This document shows positions 39,447-49,434 of a stretch of DNA of 64,000 bases, one piece after another; positions within the stretch are counted from its first letter, which is position 1, and every line of letters begins with the position of its first letter. Made by a program: the position numbers and the translations under genes. The stretch is from Fusobacterium sp. JB019. GTDB lineage: Bacteria > Fusobacteriota > Fusobacteriia > Fusobacteriales > Fusobacteriaceae. The stretch is taken from assembly GCA_030673965.1 (NCBI GenBank), contig JAUTCN010000005.1, forward strand, positions 53,344 through 117,343. Direction: 5' to 3'. A model generated the notes under the pieces. The model was not told the origin of the DNA and did no database searches. It was given only the letters and a program-made list of their open reading frames with translations.

Positions 39447-41252
39447 TTAATTGTTATTTAATTTTAATACAGAAACGAATGCCTCTTGAGGTATTTCAAC
39501 ATTTCCTATTTGTTTCATTCTTTTCTTACCTGCTTTTTGTTTTTCAAGCAGTTTTTTCTTTCTTGTTATATCCCCACCATAACATTTAGCAAGGACATTT
39601 TTTCTATAAGCTTTAATAGTTTCTCTAGCTATAATTTTAGCTCCAAGAGCAGCTTGGATAGGTATTTCAAACTGTTGTCTTGGAATAACTTCTTTTAATC
39701 TTTCACAAATAGCTCTTCCTTTTGTAACAGCATTATCTTTATGTGCTATGAATGAGAAAGCATCAACAATTTCTCCAGAAACTAGAATATCAACTTTTAC
39801 AAGTTCTCCAGCTCTGTATTCAATTAATTCATATTCAAAAGAAGCATAACCTTTAGTTTTAGATTTTAATTTATCATAGAAATCTAAAACAATTTCAGCA
39901 AGAGGTAGTTCATAAGTAATCATGGCTCTTGTTTCATCAATAAAATTCATCCCAACATATATTCCACGTTTTTCTTGGCAAAGTTCCATAACTCCTCCAA
40001 CAAAATCTTTAGGAACAATTATATTTCCTTTGATAAAAGGTTCTTCTATTATGAATTTTCCTTTTCCTGCTTCTGGAAACTCGCAAGGATTATCAATTAT
40101 ATAAGTTGGTTCTCCTTCTTTTGTTATTCTATATTCAACAGATGGTGATGTTGATATTAAATCAATATTGTATTCTCTTCTAAGTCTCTCAACTATAATT
40201 TCCATATGTAAAAGACCTAAGAATCCACATCTAAATCCAAATCCTAAAGCTAAAGAAGTTTCAGGAACAAAATTTAAAGAGGCATCATTTAATTGTAATT
40301 TTTCTAAAGATTCTCTTAAATCTCCGTAGTCATCAGTTGATAAAGGATATATTCCTGCAAAAACCATAGATTGAGCTGGTCTAAATCCTTGAAGTGGTTC
40401 AGAACAAGGTCTTTTAGCATGAGTTATAGTATCTCCAACTCTGGAATCTTTGATAGCTTTTAATCCAGTGATAATATACCCAACAGAACCACTTGAAAGT
40501 TCACCAGTAGATTTCATTGTAGGAGAGAATATTCCACATTCAAGAACTTCAATTTCTTTTCCTGTAGACCAAATTCTAATTTTATCTCCCTTTTTAATAG
40601 TTCCATCTTCTATTTTTATATAAGTTAATACTCCTCTATAGTCATCAAATTTTGAATCAAAGATAAGAGCTTTTAAAGGAGCGTCCTCATCATATTCAGG
40701 AGCTGGAATTCTTTCAACAATGGCTTCTAAAAGTTCTGGAATTCCAAGATTTATTTTAGCAGAAGCAAGGACTGCATCATCAGCTGGAAGCCCAATAATA
40801 TCTTCTATCTCAGCTTTAACTCTTTCAGGTTCTGCTGCTGGTAAATCTATTTTATTAATAACAGGTATAATTTCAAGATCATTTTCTAAAGCTAAATATA
40901 CATTTGCTAAAGTTTGAGCTTCTACACCTTGGGCAGCATCAACTACCAGAAGAGCTCCCTCACAGGCAGATAAAGATCTAGAAACTTCATAAATGAAGTC
41001 AACATGACCAGGAGTATCTATAAGGTTTAATTCATATTCATTTCCATCTTTAGCCTTATAGTATAATGTAACTGCTTGTGCTTTTATTGTAATACCTTTT
41101 TCTCTTTCTAGATCCATAGAATCTAAAAGCTGAGATTTCATGTCTCTTTCACTAACAGCGTGAGTACATTCCATAAGTCTATCAGCTATAGTAGATTTTC
41201 CATGATCTATATGAGCGATTATCGAAAAGTTTCTTTTAAATTTTTGTAACAC
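39447..41252 (-). CDS. lepA: Translation elongation factor 4
   Basis: [42 protein letters not shown]; GTG start at 41252 with GGAGG SD. Confidence 0.98.
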   Translation of the reverse strand: MLQKFKRNFSIIAHIDHGKSTIADRLMECTHAVSERDMKSQLLDSMDLEREKGITIKAQAVTLYYKAKDGNEYELNLIDTPGHVDFIYEVSRSLSACEGALLVVDAAQGVEAQTLANVYLALENDLEIIPVINKIDLPAAEPERVKAEIEDIIGLPADDAVLASAKINLGIPELLEAIVERIPAPEYDEDAPLKALIFDSKFDDYRGVLTYIKIEDGTIKKGDKIRIWSTGKEIEVLECGIFSPTMKSTGELSSGSVGYIITGLKAIKDSRVGDTITHAKRPCSEPLQGFRPAQSMVFAGIYPLSTDDYGDLRESLEKLQLNDASLNFVPETSLALGFGFRCGFLGLLHMEIIVERLRREYNIDLISTSPSVEYRITKEGEPTYIIDNPCEFPEAGKGKFIIEEPFIKGNIIVPKDFVGGVMELCQEKRGIYVGMNFIDETRAMITYELPLAEIVLDFYDKLKSKTKGYASFEYELIEYRAGELVKVDILVSGEIVDAFSFIAHKDNAVTKGRAICERLKEVIPRQQFEIPIQAALGAKIIARETIKAYRKNVLAKCYGGDITRKKKLLEKQKAGKKRMKQIGNVEIPQEAFVSVLKLNNN

Positions 41253-41327
41253 TTGAACCTCCAAAAATAAATAATATCGTATATATTATTATAGAAGAAA
41301 ATAGTAAAAAAAGCAATAAATACTTAA

Positions 41328-42557
41328 TTAAAAGGCCCAATTACCTTCAATAAATATATTTTCTTTTTTATTGTTTTTATCTCTTCCAATAATATTTAAA
41401 TCTTCTGTTCCAAACATGAAATCAACATGTGTTAAAGAATCATTAACACCGTTTTTTTCCATAGCAGCAGAATCCATAGTGTCTCCCCCTTTAATACAGC
41501 TAGGGTAGGCTTGCCCAATTGCTAAATGACAAGATGCATTTTCATCAAATAAAGTATTAAAAAATAAAATATTTGAATTTGAAATAGGAGAATTAAATGG
41601 TACAAGAGCAATTTCTCCTAAATATTTAGAACCTTCGTCAGTATTAATAAGATTTTTTAAAGCTTCTTTTCCTTTAGCTGCTTTAAAATCAATGATTCTT
41701 CCATCTTTAAATGTAAGTGAGAAATTTTCAATTAAAGTTCCTCCATAGTTAAGTGGTTTAGATGCATAAACAATACCATTAACTCCATATTTATGAGGAA
41801 GAGAAAAAACTTCTTCAGTTGGAATATTGGCAACAAATTCGATATTATTTTTTGTAATATCTTTTCCAGATGCCCAAATATGATTTTTAGGCATTTTAAC
41901 TTTTAAATTAGTACCTAAAGAATTTGTGATTATAAGTTCTTCAAATTGTTTATTATTTAAATAATCCATTTTTTCTTTTAAATTATTTAAATGATCTTTC
42001 CAAGTTTTTATAGGATCAGGAGTATCTGCTTTTACAGAATAAATAATTGCATCCCATAATTTTTGTACAGCTTTTTCATCATCACAGTCTTTAAATATTT
42101 TTTTTGCCCAAGCAACAGTTGGTACAGATAAAATATTCCATTGTATTTCATTTCCCATAACTTTATCATAATAAGGTTTAAACTTAATGTTTCTAGTTTT
42201 TTGAGAAATAGCAATTTTTTCAGGATCGATTCCCTTTAAAAGTTCAGGATCATTTGCAGCAATACTTAAGAAAGCAGCTCCTTTATTTGCATAAAACATA
42301 AGAGATTCTAATTGCCATTCAGGCATAGATTCAAATAAAGATTTGTTTTTGTGAGTGAAATCCATTTTTTTACAGAAATCATCAGACCAATGAACAATAA
42401 CTTCACTAGCTCCTATTTTATAAGCTTCTTCTACTAATTTTCTAGTGAAATCAGCAGTTTCAACAGGAGACATAATTACTAAACATTGATTTTGTTGTAA
42501 ATTAATTCCAATTTTTAAAGCAAGTTCAACATAGTTTTCTAAAAATTTTTTATCCAA
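41328..42557 (-). CDS. M29 aminopeptidase (AmpS/PepS)
   Basis: NIPTEEVF, LGEIALVP, TLFDENASCHLAIG, NDSLTHVDFM; TTG start at 42557 with GGAGG SD. Confidence 0.92.
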   Translation of the reverse strand: MDKKFLENYVELALKIGINLQQNQCLVIMSPVETADFTRKLVEEAYKIGASEVIVHWSDDFCKKMDFTHKNKSLFESMPEWQLESLMFYANKGAAFLSIAANDPELLKGIDPEKIAISQKTRNIKFKPYYDKVMGNEIQWNILSVPTVAWAKKIFKDCDDEKAVQKLWDAIIYSVKADTPDPIKTWKDHLNNLKEKMDYLNNKQFEELIITNSLGTNLKVKMPKNHIWASGKDITKNNIEFVANIPTEEVFSLPHKYGVNGIVYASKPLNYGGTLIENFSLTFKDGRIIDFKAAKGKEALKNLINTDEGSKYLGEIALVPFNSPISNSNILFFNTLFDENASCHLAIGQAYPSCIKGGDTMDSAAMEKNGVNDSLTHVDFMFGTEDLNIIGRDKNNKKENIFIEGNWAF

Positions 42558-42737
42558 TTTAATTACCTCCAAAAAGTAAATTATAATTCTTATAGTAATT
42601 TTATCACAAAAAACCTTAAAATAACATAAGTTACTGAACAAAATTTTATTTTAATGAAATTTATTGTAATAGTACAATTTTTCTCCTTAATCTTGATAAG
42701 ATTAATAAATTATGTTATAGTTTATTTGTTGTGTAAT

Positions 42738-42810
42738 ACTACTAGGGGAGCGAGAGCTGAGAATTACCCTTAATTACCTGTTCTAGATAATGCTAGCGGA
42801 GGGAAGTGGT
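42738..42810 (+). ncRNA. TPP riboswitch aptamer
   Basis: ACTACT-AGGGGAGC...GCTGAGA...ACCC...ACCTG..CTAGATAATGCTAGCG.AGGGA-AGTGGT; P1 pairs; upstream of tenA. Confidence 0.93.
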
Positions 42811-42820
42811 GAAGTTTTAT

Positions 42821-42871
42821 ATCATTTTCTTATTTATACGTTGAGTATATATTTTAGGGAATGATTTTTTT
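42821..42871 (+). terminator. Riboswitch expression-platform terminator
   Basis: ATCATTTTCT pairs with AGGGAATGAT (G-U allowed), followed by a T tract before the tenA SD. Confidence 0.55.
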
Positions 42872-42887
42872 ATTTTAGGAGGAAATA

Positions 42888-43544
42888 ATGCTTTTTACTG
42901 ACGAATTATATTCTCATGTTGAAAAAATATGGGAAAGTTACTATGAACATCCATTTGTAGATGAGCTTGGAAGTGGAAAATTAGATAAAGAAAAGTTCAA
43001 ACATTATATGATACAAGATTACTTATACTTATTGGATTATGCAAAAGTATTTTCTCTAGGTGCTATAAAAAGTGAAGATGAAGAAACGATGGCTAAATTT
43101 TCTAGTTTGGCTGAGGGGACTCTTCATACTGAAATGGCTACTCATAGAAAATATATGGAGAGATTAGGGATAACTAAAAAAGAGGTGGAAAATGCGAAAC
43201 CAGCTCTAGCTAATTTATCATATACTCATTATATGTTAGCTGTTTCTTATGCTGGTGGAATAATTGAAATAGCAGTATCTGTTTTAGCTTGTCTTTGGAG
43301 TTATGAATGTATAGGAAGACATCTTTATAAAAAGTATGGAATAAAAGATAATTTTTATGCTGAATGGATAGAATCATATATTTCAGAAGAGTATCATGAG
43401 TTAACAATTTGGTTGCTTGAATTAGTTAATAAATATGCTGAAGGAATAAATGAAAAGAAAAAAGAGAAATTAATTGATATATTTGTTAATACAAGTAGAT
43501 TTGAATATATATTTTGGGATATGGCCTATAATATAGAAAATTAG
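42888..43544 (+). CDS. tenA: Thiaminase II / aminopyrimidine aminohydrolase
   Basis: HPFV, Y.IQDYLYL, catalytic Cys in LACLWSY, W..SY, E..FWDMAY; TPP riboswitch upstream. Confidence 0.93.
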   Translation: MLFTDELYSHVEKIWESYYEHPFVDELGSGKLDKEKFKHYMIQDYLYLLDYAKVFSLGAIKSEDEETMAKFSSLAEGTLHTEMATHRKYMERLGITKKEVENAKPALANLSYTHYMLAVSYAGGIIEIAVSVLACLWSYECIGRHLYKKYGIKDNFYAEWIESYISEEYHELTIWLLELVNKYAEGINEKKKEKLIDIFVNTSRFEYIFWDMAYNIEN

Positions 43545-43554
43545 GAGAGAAAAA

Positions 43555-44259
43555 ATGAAAGTTTTAGAATTAGATAAAGTATCCTTTGCATATGAAGGAG
43601 AAGAAGAGCTTATTAAAGAAATATCCTTTTCATTAAATAAAAATGAATTTTTATCAATTGTTGGAAGTAGTGGTTGTGGAAAATCTACTATAATAAAAAT
43701 TATAGGTGGAATAGAAAAACAAAAAAGTGGAAAAATAAAAAGTTTGAAAACAGCTTATATGCCTCAAAGAGATTTACTTTTGCCTTGGAGAACAGTAATA
43801 GATAATATACTTCTTCCTATAGAGTTGAACAAAAAATCTATAAATGAAGGAAGAAAAAAAGGAAAATTTTATTTAAAGAAACTTCATTTAGAAGAGTATA
43901 CAGATAAATTACCTCAAGATCTTTCTGGTGGAATGAGACAAAGAGTTTCTTTTATAAGAACTCTTTTAACAGAAGCTGATATATTGTTATTAGATGAACC
44001 TTTTAGTGCTTTAGATGCTATAACCAAAGGAAAATTACAAAAATGGTTGTTGGAAACTTTAAAAGAATTTAATAAAAGTGTTATTTTTATAACCCATGAT
44101 ATAAATGAAGCTTTATATTTATCGGATAGAATATTAGTTTGTCGAAATAGACCTTTAGATTCTTTTGTTGAATATAAATTACCAAAAGAAAAAGATGAAG
44201 AGTTTATAATAGAAACTAAGAAAAAAATATTATTAAATATAGGGGGGGAAGAAAAATGA
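43555..44259 (+). CDS. ABC ATPase (ThiZ-like)
   Basis: GSSGCGKST, LSGGMRQR, LLDEPF, ITHD. Confidence 0.9.
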   Translation: MKVLELDKVSFAYEGEEELIKEISFSLNKNEFLSIVGSSGCGKSTIIKIIGGIEKQKSGKIKSLKTAYMPQRDLLLPWRTVIDNILLPIELNKKSINEGRKKGKFYLKKLHLEEYTDKLPQDLSGGMRQRVSFIRTLLTEADILLLDEPFSALDAITKGKLQKWLLETLKEFNKSVIFITHDINEALYLSDRILVCRNRPLDSFVEYKLPKEKDEEFIIETKKKILLNIGGEEK

Positions 44260-44996
44260 AAAAACCTTCATTAGCTTTTTATTCTTCTGGTATATTATTT
44301 ATAATATGGGAAATTTTTGCAAGAATTTTAAATTTAAAATTTGTTTTACCTTGGCCAACAGCAATTTTAAAAAGAATGTGGGAATTAAGAGGGCCATTAT
44401 TTAAATATCATATGTTTGCAACTTTAAAGATAGCTATAGTGTCTATTATTCTATCTTTTGCATTAGGGATATTTTTAGCAGTGATTATGGATAAAAGCAA
44501 AAAAGTGGAAGAAGCAATATATCCAATAATAGTAACAACTCAAACTATACCAACTCCAGCTATAGCTCCAATTTTTATTCTTTGGTTTGGATATAGTATT
44601 TGGAGTAAAGTTTTGGTAGCTGTATTGATTGCTTTTTTTCCAGTTACAATTAATTTACATGATGGATTAAAATCAACAAAAAAAGATTATATAGAACTTT
44701 TTAAAAGTATGCATGCTAGTCAGTGGGATATATTTTGGAAATTGAAAGTGCCATCTACAATTCCATACTTCTTTTCATCTCTTAAAATGGCAGTTCCTTT
44801 GGTTTTAATAGGGGCAGCAATAGGAGAATGGTTAGGAGCAACTGCGGGACTAGGATACTTTAGTAAAAGAATGATGACACAACTAGATGGAGCAGGAGTT
44901 TTTGCACCAATAGTTTTGATTTCGGTGATAGCTGTACTTTTTGTTAACTTAATTTCTTTTTTAGAAAAGAAATTCTTAAAATGGAGGGGAAACTAA
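44256..44996 (+). CDS. ABC permease (ThiX-like)
   Basis: SsuC/TauC-type permease: QTIP..AIAP..ILWFG, GAAIGEW.GA..GLG. Confidence 0.9.
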   Translation: MKKPSLAFYSSGILFIIWEIFARILNLKFVLPWPTAILKRMWELRGPLFKYHMFATLKIAIVSIILSFALGIFLAVIMDKSKKVEEAIYPIIVTTQTIPTPAIAPIFILWFGYSIWSKVLVAVLIAFFPVTINLHDGLKSTKKDYIELFKSMHASQWDIFWKLKVPSTIPYFFSSLKMAVPLVLIGAAIGEWLGATAGLGYFSKRMMTQLDGAGVFAPIVLISVIAVLFVNLISFLEKKFLKWRGN

Positions 44997-45992
44997 ATGA
45001 AGTTTAAAAATTTATTAGTTATTTTATTGGTGATTATATTTGCTGCTTGTGGGAAAAAATTAAATGATAAGAATGTAGAGAAAAAATATGAAACTGTAGA
45101 TTTAGTTTTGGATTGGTATCCTACATCTTCCAGTACTCCTATATATGTTGCTTTGGAAAAAGGGTATTATGAAGAAGAGGGAATAAAATTAAATATTCAC
45201 ATGCCATCAGGAGTTTCAGATTCTTTAGCATTAGTTGCAGCTAAAAAAGCAGATTTAGGTTATTATTATATTCATCGTACAATAATGTCAATTGTAAATG
45301 ATGATATTCCAGTTAAAGCTATTGCAGCTACATTACAAGGATCAGTTAGTACAGTTATGTCTTTAAAAGAAAGTAATATAAAACGTCCAAAAGATTTAGA
45401 AGGTAAGACTTTAGGTTATTGCGGAGGACCTTTATCAGAAAAAATGATAGATGCTATGATGAAGGCAGATGGTGGAGATCCAAGTAAAGTTAAATTAGTT
45501 GATGTTGGTTTTGAACTATTATCTTCTTTAATAACAAAAAAAGTAGATGCTACTTTAGGAGGACTTGTAACTCATGAGGTTCCTCTTATGGAAGAAAAAG
45601 GTTATGAAGTAAATTACTTTTTTCCAAAAGATTTTGGAGTTCCTGAATATCCAGAAACATTAATTATTGCAAATAACGATTTAATAAAAGAAAGAGGGGA
45701 AGTTTACAGTAAATTTTTAAAAGCTACAAGAAGGGGTTTTGAAGATGTGAAAGCTAATCCTGAAGAAGCTGTTCAAATACTTTTAGCTAATCAAGCTAAA
45801 GATCAGTTTCCTTTAAATGAAAATGTAGAAAGAGTAGCTACAAAGAGATATATTCCAATTATGGAGAAATTTGGACCATTTTTAACTATAAATAAAGATG
45901 TTTTTCAAAAAAATGTAGATTGGTTATATGAAAAAGGATTTATAAAAAGAAAAGAAAATCCTGAAAAATTATATAAAAACTTGATTAATTAA
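44997..45992 (+). CDS. ABC substrate-binding lipoprotein, NMT1/THI5 (ThiY-like), divergent copy
   Basis: Lipobox FAAC; LDWYPTSSST, P.DLEGKT.GY, FGVP.Y. Confidence 0.88.
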   Translation: MKFKNLLVILLVIIFAACGKKLNDKNVEKKYETVDLVLDWYPTSSSTPIYVALEKGYYEEEGIKLNIHMPSGVSDSLALVAAKKADLGYYYIHRTIMSIVNDDIPVKAIAATLQGSVSTVMSLKESNIKRPKDLEGKTLGYCGGPLSEKMIDAMMKADGGDPSKVKLVDVGFELLSSLITKKVDATLGGLVTHEVPLMEEKGYEVNYFFPKDFGVPEYPETLIIANNDLIKERGEVYSKFLKATRRGFEDVKANPEEAVQILLANQAKDQFPLNENVERVATKRYIPIMEKFGPFLTINKDVFQKNVDWLYEKGFIKRKENPEKLYKNLIN

Positions 45993-46028
45993 TAAAAAAA
46001 TAATAAAATAAAGAAAGGAAGAGAAAAA

Positions 46029-47024
46029 GTGAAGAAGATTAAGTTATTAGTGTTATGTATGTTAGTTTTTATCATGGGATGTGGAAGCAAGAAAGTTGAG
46101 GAAAAAAAATTAACTGATGTTTCTATAGTTTTAGATTGGTATCCAAATGCTATTCATAGTTTATTTTATGTTGCTATGGAAAAAGGTTATTTTAAGGAAG
46201 AAGGAATTAATTTAGAAATAAAATATCCAGCAAATGTTTCAGATCCAATAGCTTTGCCAGCAGCAGGAAAAGCAGATTTAGGATTATTTTATCCTCAACA
46301 AATGATAATGGCGAAGTCTCAAGAGGATATTCCAGTTATTTCAATTGGAGCCTTAACTCAAGGTCCTTTAAATGTAGTTGTATCTCCTAAAGAAAATGGG
46401 ATTACAAGACCTAGAGATCTAGAAGGAAAAACAATAGGATATTCTGATGGACCATTAACAGAGGATATGTTAAAAACAATGGTAGCTGAAGATGGGGGAG
46501 ATATTTCTAAAGTTAAAGTTTTAGATGTAGGCTTTGATTTATTATCTTCAATGATAACAAAAAGAGTTGATGCTACTTTAGGATGTTTTGTAAATCATGA
46601 GGTTCCAGTTATGAAAGAAAAAGGAGTAGATGTAAATTATTTCTATCCAACAGACTTTGGTGTACCTTATTATAACGAGTTATTAATAGTTGCAAATTCT
46701 AAAAAAGTTAAGGAAAATAAAGAATTGTACTTAGGATTCTTAAGAGCTTGTGAGAAAGGATTTAGAGATGTCAAAAACAATCCTGAGGAAGCTTTAGATA
46801 TACTTTTAGCTAATCAAGAAGCGGATCAATTCCCTTTAACTAGAGGAATTGAAAAGCAAAGTTTACAAATCTTACTTCCAATTATGGAAAAGGAAGATGC
46901 TCCTTTCTTAGACCAGAAAGAAAAAGTATGGCAAGAAAATATAGATTGGCTATATGATAAAAAAATAATTAATAAAAAAATGGAAGCTAAAGACATATTT
47001 ATAAATTTATATAAAGAAATGTAA
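46029..47024 (+). CDS. ABC substrate-binding lipoprotein, NMT1/THI5 (ThiY-like)
   Basis: Lipobox IMGC; LDWYPNAIH, NHE, FGVPYY.EL; GTG start. Confidence 0.9.
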   Translation: MKKIKLLVLCMLVFIMGCGSKKVEEKKLTDVSIVLDWYPNAIHSLFYVAMEKGYFKEEGINLEIKYPANVSDPIALPAAGKADLGLFYPQQMIMAKSQEDIPVISIGALTQGPLNVVVSPKENGITRPRDLEGKTIGYSDGPLTEDMLKTMVAEDGGDISKVKVLDVGFDLLSSMITKRVDATLGCFVNHEVPVMKEKGVDVNYFYPTDFGVPYYNELLIVANSKKVKENKELYLGFLRACEKGFRDVKNNPEEALDILLANQEADQFPLTRGIEKQSLQILLPIMEKEDAPFLDQKEKVWQENIDWLYDKKIINKKMEAKDIFINLYKEM

Positions 47025-47049
47025 AAAAGCTTTAATTAAGAAAAGGAAA

Positions 47050-47541
47050 GTGATGCTTGTGGAACAAAAATTATATCAGAATGAAGAAATATTAGAAACT
47101 TACTTAGGAACACCTGAAAAATATGAATGGTACAAACGTGCTTTTGCTAAATATGAAGTGAATGGTGTTGAAAAAATTGCTTGGAATTGGTCTTGGTATT
47201 CATTTTTCTTTAGTTATGTATATTTAGTTTATAGAAAATGCTATGTTGAAGCTATATTATTATGGATATTCCAAACTATTGTTGCTTGTACATTAGGAAT
47301 AGCAGGAATAGTAATAATGATTTTATGTGGAGGTTTTTTACCATATCTTGTTTATAAAAGATATAAGAAAACTGCAATGGAAGTAGATCAAATTGATGGA
47401 GATTATCAAAAAAAATTAGAAACTATGAAAGAATTAGGAGGGGTGAATAAACTAGCAAGAAATATAATGATAGGTTTATTTGTTCTGTCTATTTTAAGTG
47501 TTTTAGGTTTAGCAGCTTTTGCAGTAGCAGCAGCTTTATAA
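47050..47541 (+). CDS. DUF2628-like membrane protein
   Basis: WNWSWYSFFF...YL.YRK.Y pattern and terminal GGV. Confidence 0.7.
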   Translation: MMLVEQKLYQNEEILETYLGTPEKYEWYKRAFAKYEVNGVEKIAWNWSWYSFFFSYVYLVYRKCYVEAILLWIFQTIVACTLGIAGIVIMILCGGFLPYLVYKRYKKTAMEVDQIDGDYQKKLETMKELGGVNKLARNIMIGLFVLSILSVLGLAAFAVAAAL

Positions 47542-47554
47542 CTTAATAAAGATT

Positions 47555-47584
47555 ATACTGATATATTCTAGAATGTATCAGTAT
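47555..47584 (+). terminator. Terminator of the thi operon
   Basis: ATACTGATATATTCT|AGAATGTATCAGTAT (one G-T pair) plus T tract. Confidence 0.75.
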
Positions 47585-47671
47585 TTTTTTTATTAATATA
47601 AAAATTGCTAAATTAGAAAATATCTAGTATAATAAGAATAAAGATTAGGGAAATAGTTAGGAGGCTTTTTT

Positions 47672-48778
47672 ATGAAAATTGGTATACCTAAAGAAAAGAA
47701 GAACAACGAAAATAGAGTTGGCTTAACCGATGCAGGAGTGGGGCAACTAGTTCTTGATGGTAATGAAGTCTATGTTCAAAAAGGAGCAGGATTGGGAGTT
47801 GGAGTGTCTGATGAAGATTATATTTCTAGTGGGGCAGTTTTAGTTGAAACAACAGAAGAAATATTTGAAAAAGCAGAACTAATTATAAAAGTAGAAAGAC
47901 CTTTAGAATGTGAGAGAAAATTATTAAAACCTCACCATATATTGTATGGTTATTTGCATTTAGCAGCTGATAAAGAGTCAACAGAAGAATTAGTTGAGTC
48001 AGGAGCAACATGCATAGGTTATGAAACTATTGTTTTACCTGATGGATCAATTCCTTTATTATCTCCAATGTCAGAGGTTGCAGGGAAAATGGCAGTTCAA
48101 GTTGGAGGATTTTATTTACAGAAAACAAAGGGTGGAAAAGGAATTGTTCTAGGAGGAGTTCCTGGAGTTGAAAGAGGTAGAGTTGTAGTTTTAGGAGCAG
48201 GAGCAGCGGGGCAAAGCGCGATAAAAACAGCTGTTGGTCTAGGGGCAGAAGTTATAGCTATTGATATAAATACAAATAAATTAAGATATTTAGACGATGT
48301 TTATAAATCACAAGTTACAACACTATATTCAACTCCTAGAAATATAGAAGAAGCAGTAGCTTCAGCAGATTTATTGATTGGGACAGTGTTAATACCTGGA
48401 GGGAAAACTCCTCGTTTAGTAACGAAAAAGTATATTAATAGTATGGGTAAGGGAAGTGTTATTGTTGATGTAGCAATAGATCAAGGAGGATGTTTTGAAA
48501 CTTCTAAAGTAACTTCTCATGAAAAACCAATTTATTGTGTAAATGGAGTATTACATTATTGTGTAAGTAATATGGCAGGTGCTTATCCGATAACATCTAC
48601 ATTATCTCTTGAAAATGCATCTTTAAAATATGCAAGGGCAATAGCTAATTATGGATTAAAGGCGGCATGTGGAAAACATCCAGAATTAGTTAGGGGTATA
48701 AATATAATGAATCAAAGAGTGACGTGTAGAAAAGTAGCGGATAGTTTAGAAATGGACTATGTTGGAGTAGGATTTTAG
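47672..48778 (+). CDS. ald: Alanine dehydrogenase family protein with altered KVKEP motif
   Basis: IGIPKE.KNNENRV, YLHLAA, PMSEVAG, GAGAAG, DVAIDQGG; motif reads KVERP. Confidence 0.85.
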   Translation: MKIGIPKEKKNNENRVGLTDAGVGQLVLDGNEVYVQKGAGLGVGVSDEDYISSGAVLVETTEEIFEKAELIIKVERPLECERKLLKPHHILYGYLHLAADKESTEELVESGATCIGYETIVLPDGSIPLLSPMSEVAGKMAVQVGGFYLQKTKGGKGIVLGGVPGVERGRVVVLGAGAAGQSAIKTAVGLGAEVIAIDINTNKLRYLDDVYKSQVTTLYSTPRNIEEAVASADLLIGTVLIPGGKTPRLVTKKYINSMGKGSVIVDVAIDQGGCFETSKVTSHEKPIYCVNGVLHYCVSNMAGAYPITSTLSLENASLKYARAIANYGLKAACGKHPELVRGINIMNQRVTCRKVADSLEMDYVGVGF

Positions 48779-48800
48779 GAAATTAAAAGTAGGGGGGATT

Positions 48801-49082
48801 ATGGTAAAGAAAGATTTTATTCAATTATATTCTGAGGTTAATGATGTTAAAGATTTAAAATGTGCAAAGGAAGATGTTGAAAGATTTTTAAATACTTTAA
48901 AGATTGCCTTAACTAAGGATAAAGAACTTGTATTTAGAAACTTTGGATCTTTTGAAGTTAGGAAAACAAAAGAAAGAGATGTTGTTGATCCTAAGGATTC
49001 AAATAATATTATAAAAGCAAAACCTAGAAAATATGTAAAATTTAAAATCAGTAGAAAAATAGAAGATGAATTAGCTGATTAA
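48801..49082 (+). CDS. HU/IHF family DNA-binding protein (divergent, Fusobacterium-type)
   Basis: K.F...Y, FRNFGSFEV, R...DP, VKFK. Confidence 0.8.
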   Translation: MVKKDFIQLYSEVNDVKDLKCAKEDVERFLNTLKIALTKDKELVFRNFGSFEVRKTKERDVVDPKDSNNIIKAKPRKYVKFKISRKIEDELAD

Positions 49083-49088
49083 AAATGT

Positions 49089-49124
49089 AAAAAGAGGATT
49101 GAATATATATTCAATCCTCTTTTT
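49089..49124. terminator. Terminator-like hairpin forming the centre of the giant palindrome
   Basis: AAAAAGAGGATTGAATAT|ATATTCAATCCTCTTTTT, 6 nt after the HU stop codon. Confidence 0.75.
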
Positions 49125-49130
49125 ACATTT

Positions 49131-49412
49131 TTAATCAGCTAATTCATCTTCTATTTTTCTACTGATTTTAAATTTTACATATTTTCTAGGTTTTGCTTTT
49201 ATAATATTATTTGAATCCTTAGGATCAACAACATCTCTTTCTTTTGTTTTCCTAACTTCAAAAGATCCAAAGTTTCTAAATACAAGTTCTTTATCCTTAG
49301 TTAAGGCAATCTTTAAAGTATTTAAAAATCTTTCAACATCTTCCTTTGCACATTTTAAATCTTTAACATCATTAACCTCAGAATATAATTGAATAAAATC
49401 TTTCTTTACCAT
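49131..49412 (-). CDS. HU/IHF family protein (mirror copy)
   Basis: Identical translation to 48801..49082. Confidence 0.8.
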   Translation of the reverse strand: MVKKDFIQLYSEVNDVKDLKCAKEDVERFLNTLKIALTKDKELVFRNFGSFEVRKTKERDVVDPKDSNNIIKAKPRKYVKFKISRKIEDELAD

Positions 49413-49434
49413 AATCCCCCCTACTTTTAATTTC

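Noticed and set aside
44242-44248. G7 tract as a phase-variation switch
   Set aside because: It doubles as the SD of the next gene, and similar G-rich SDs occur at about 29850 and 48792.
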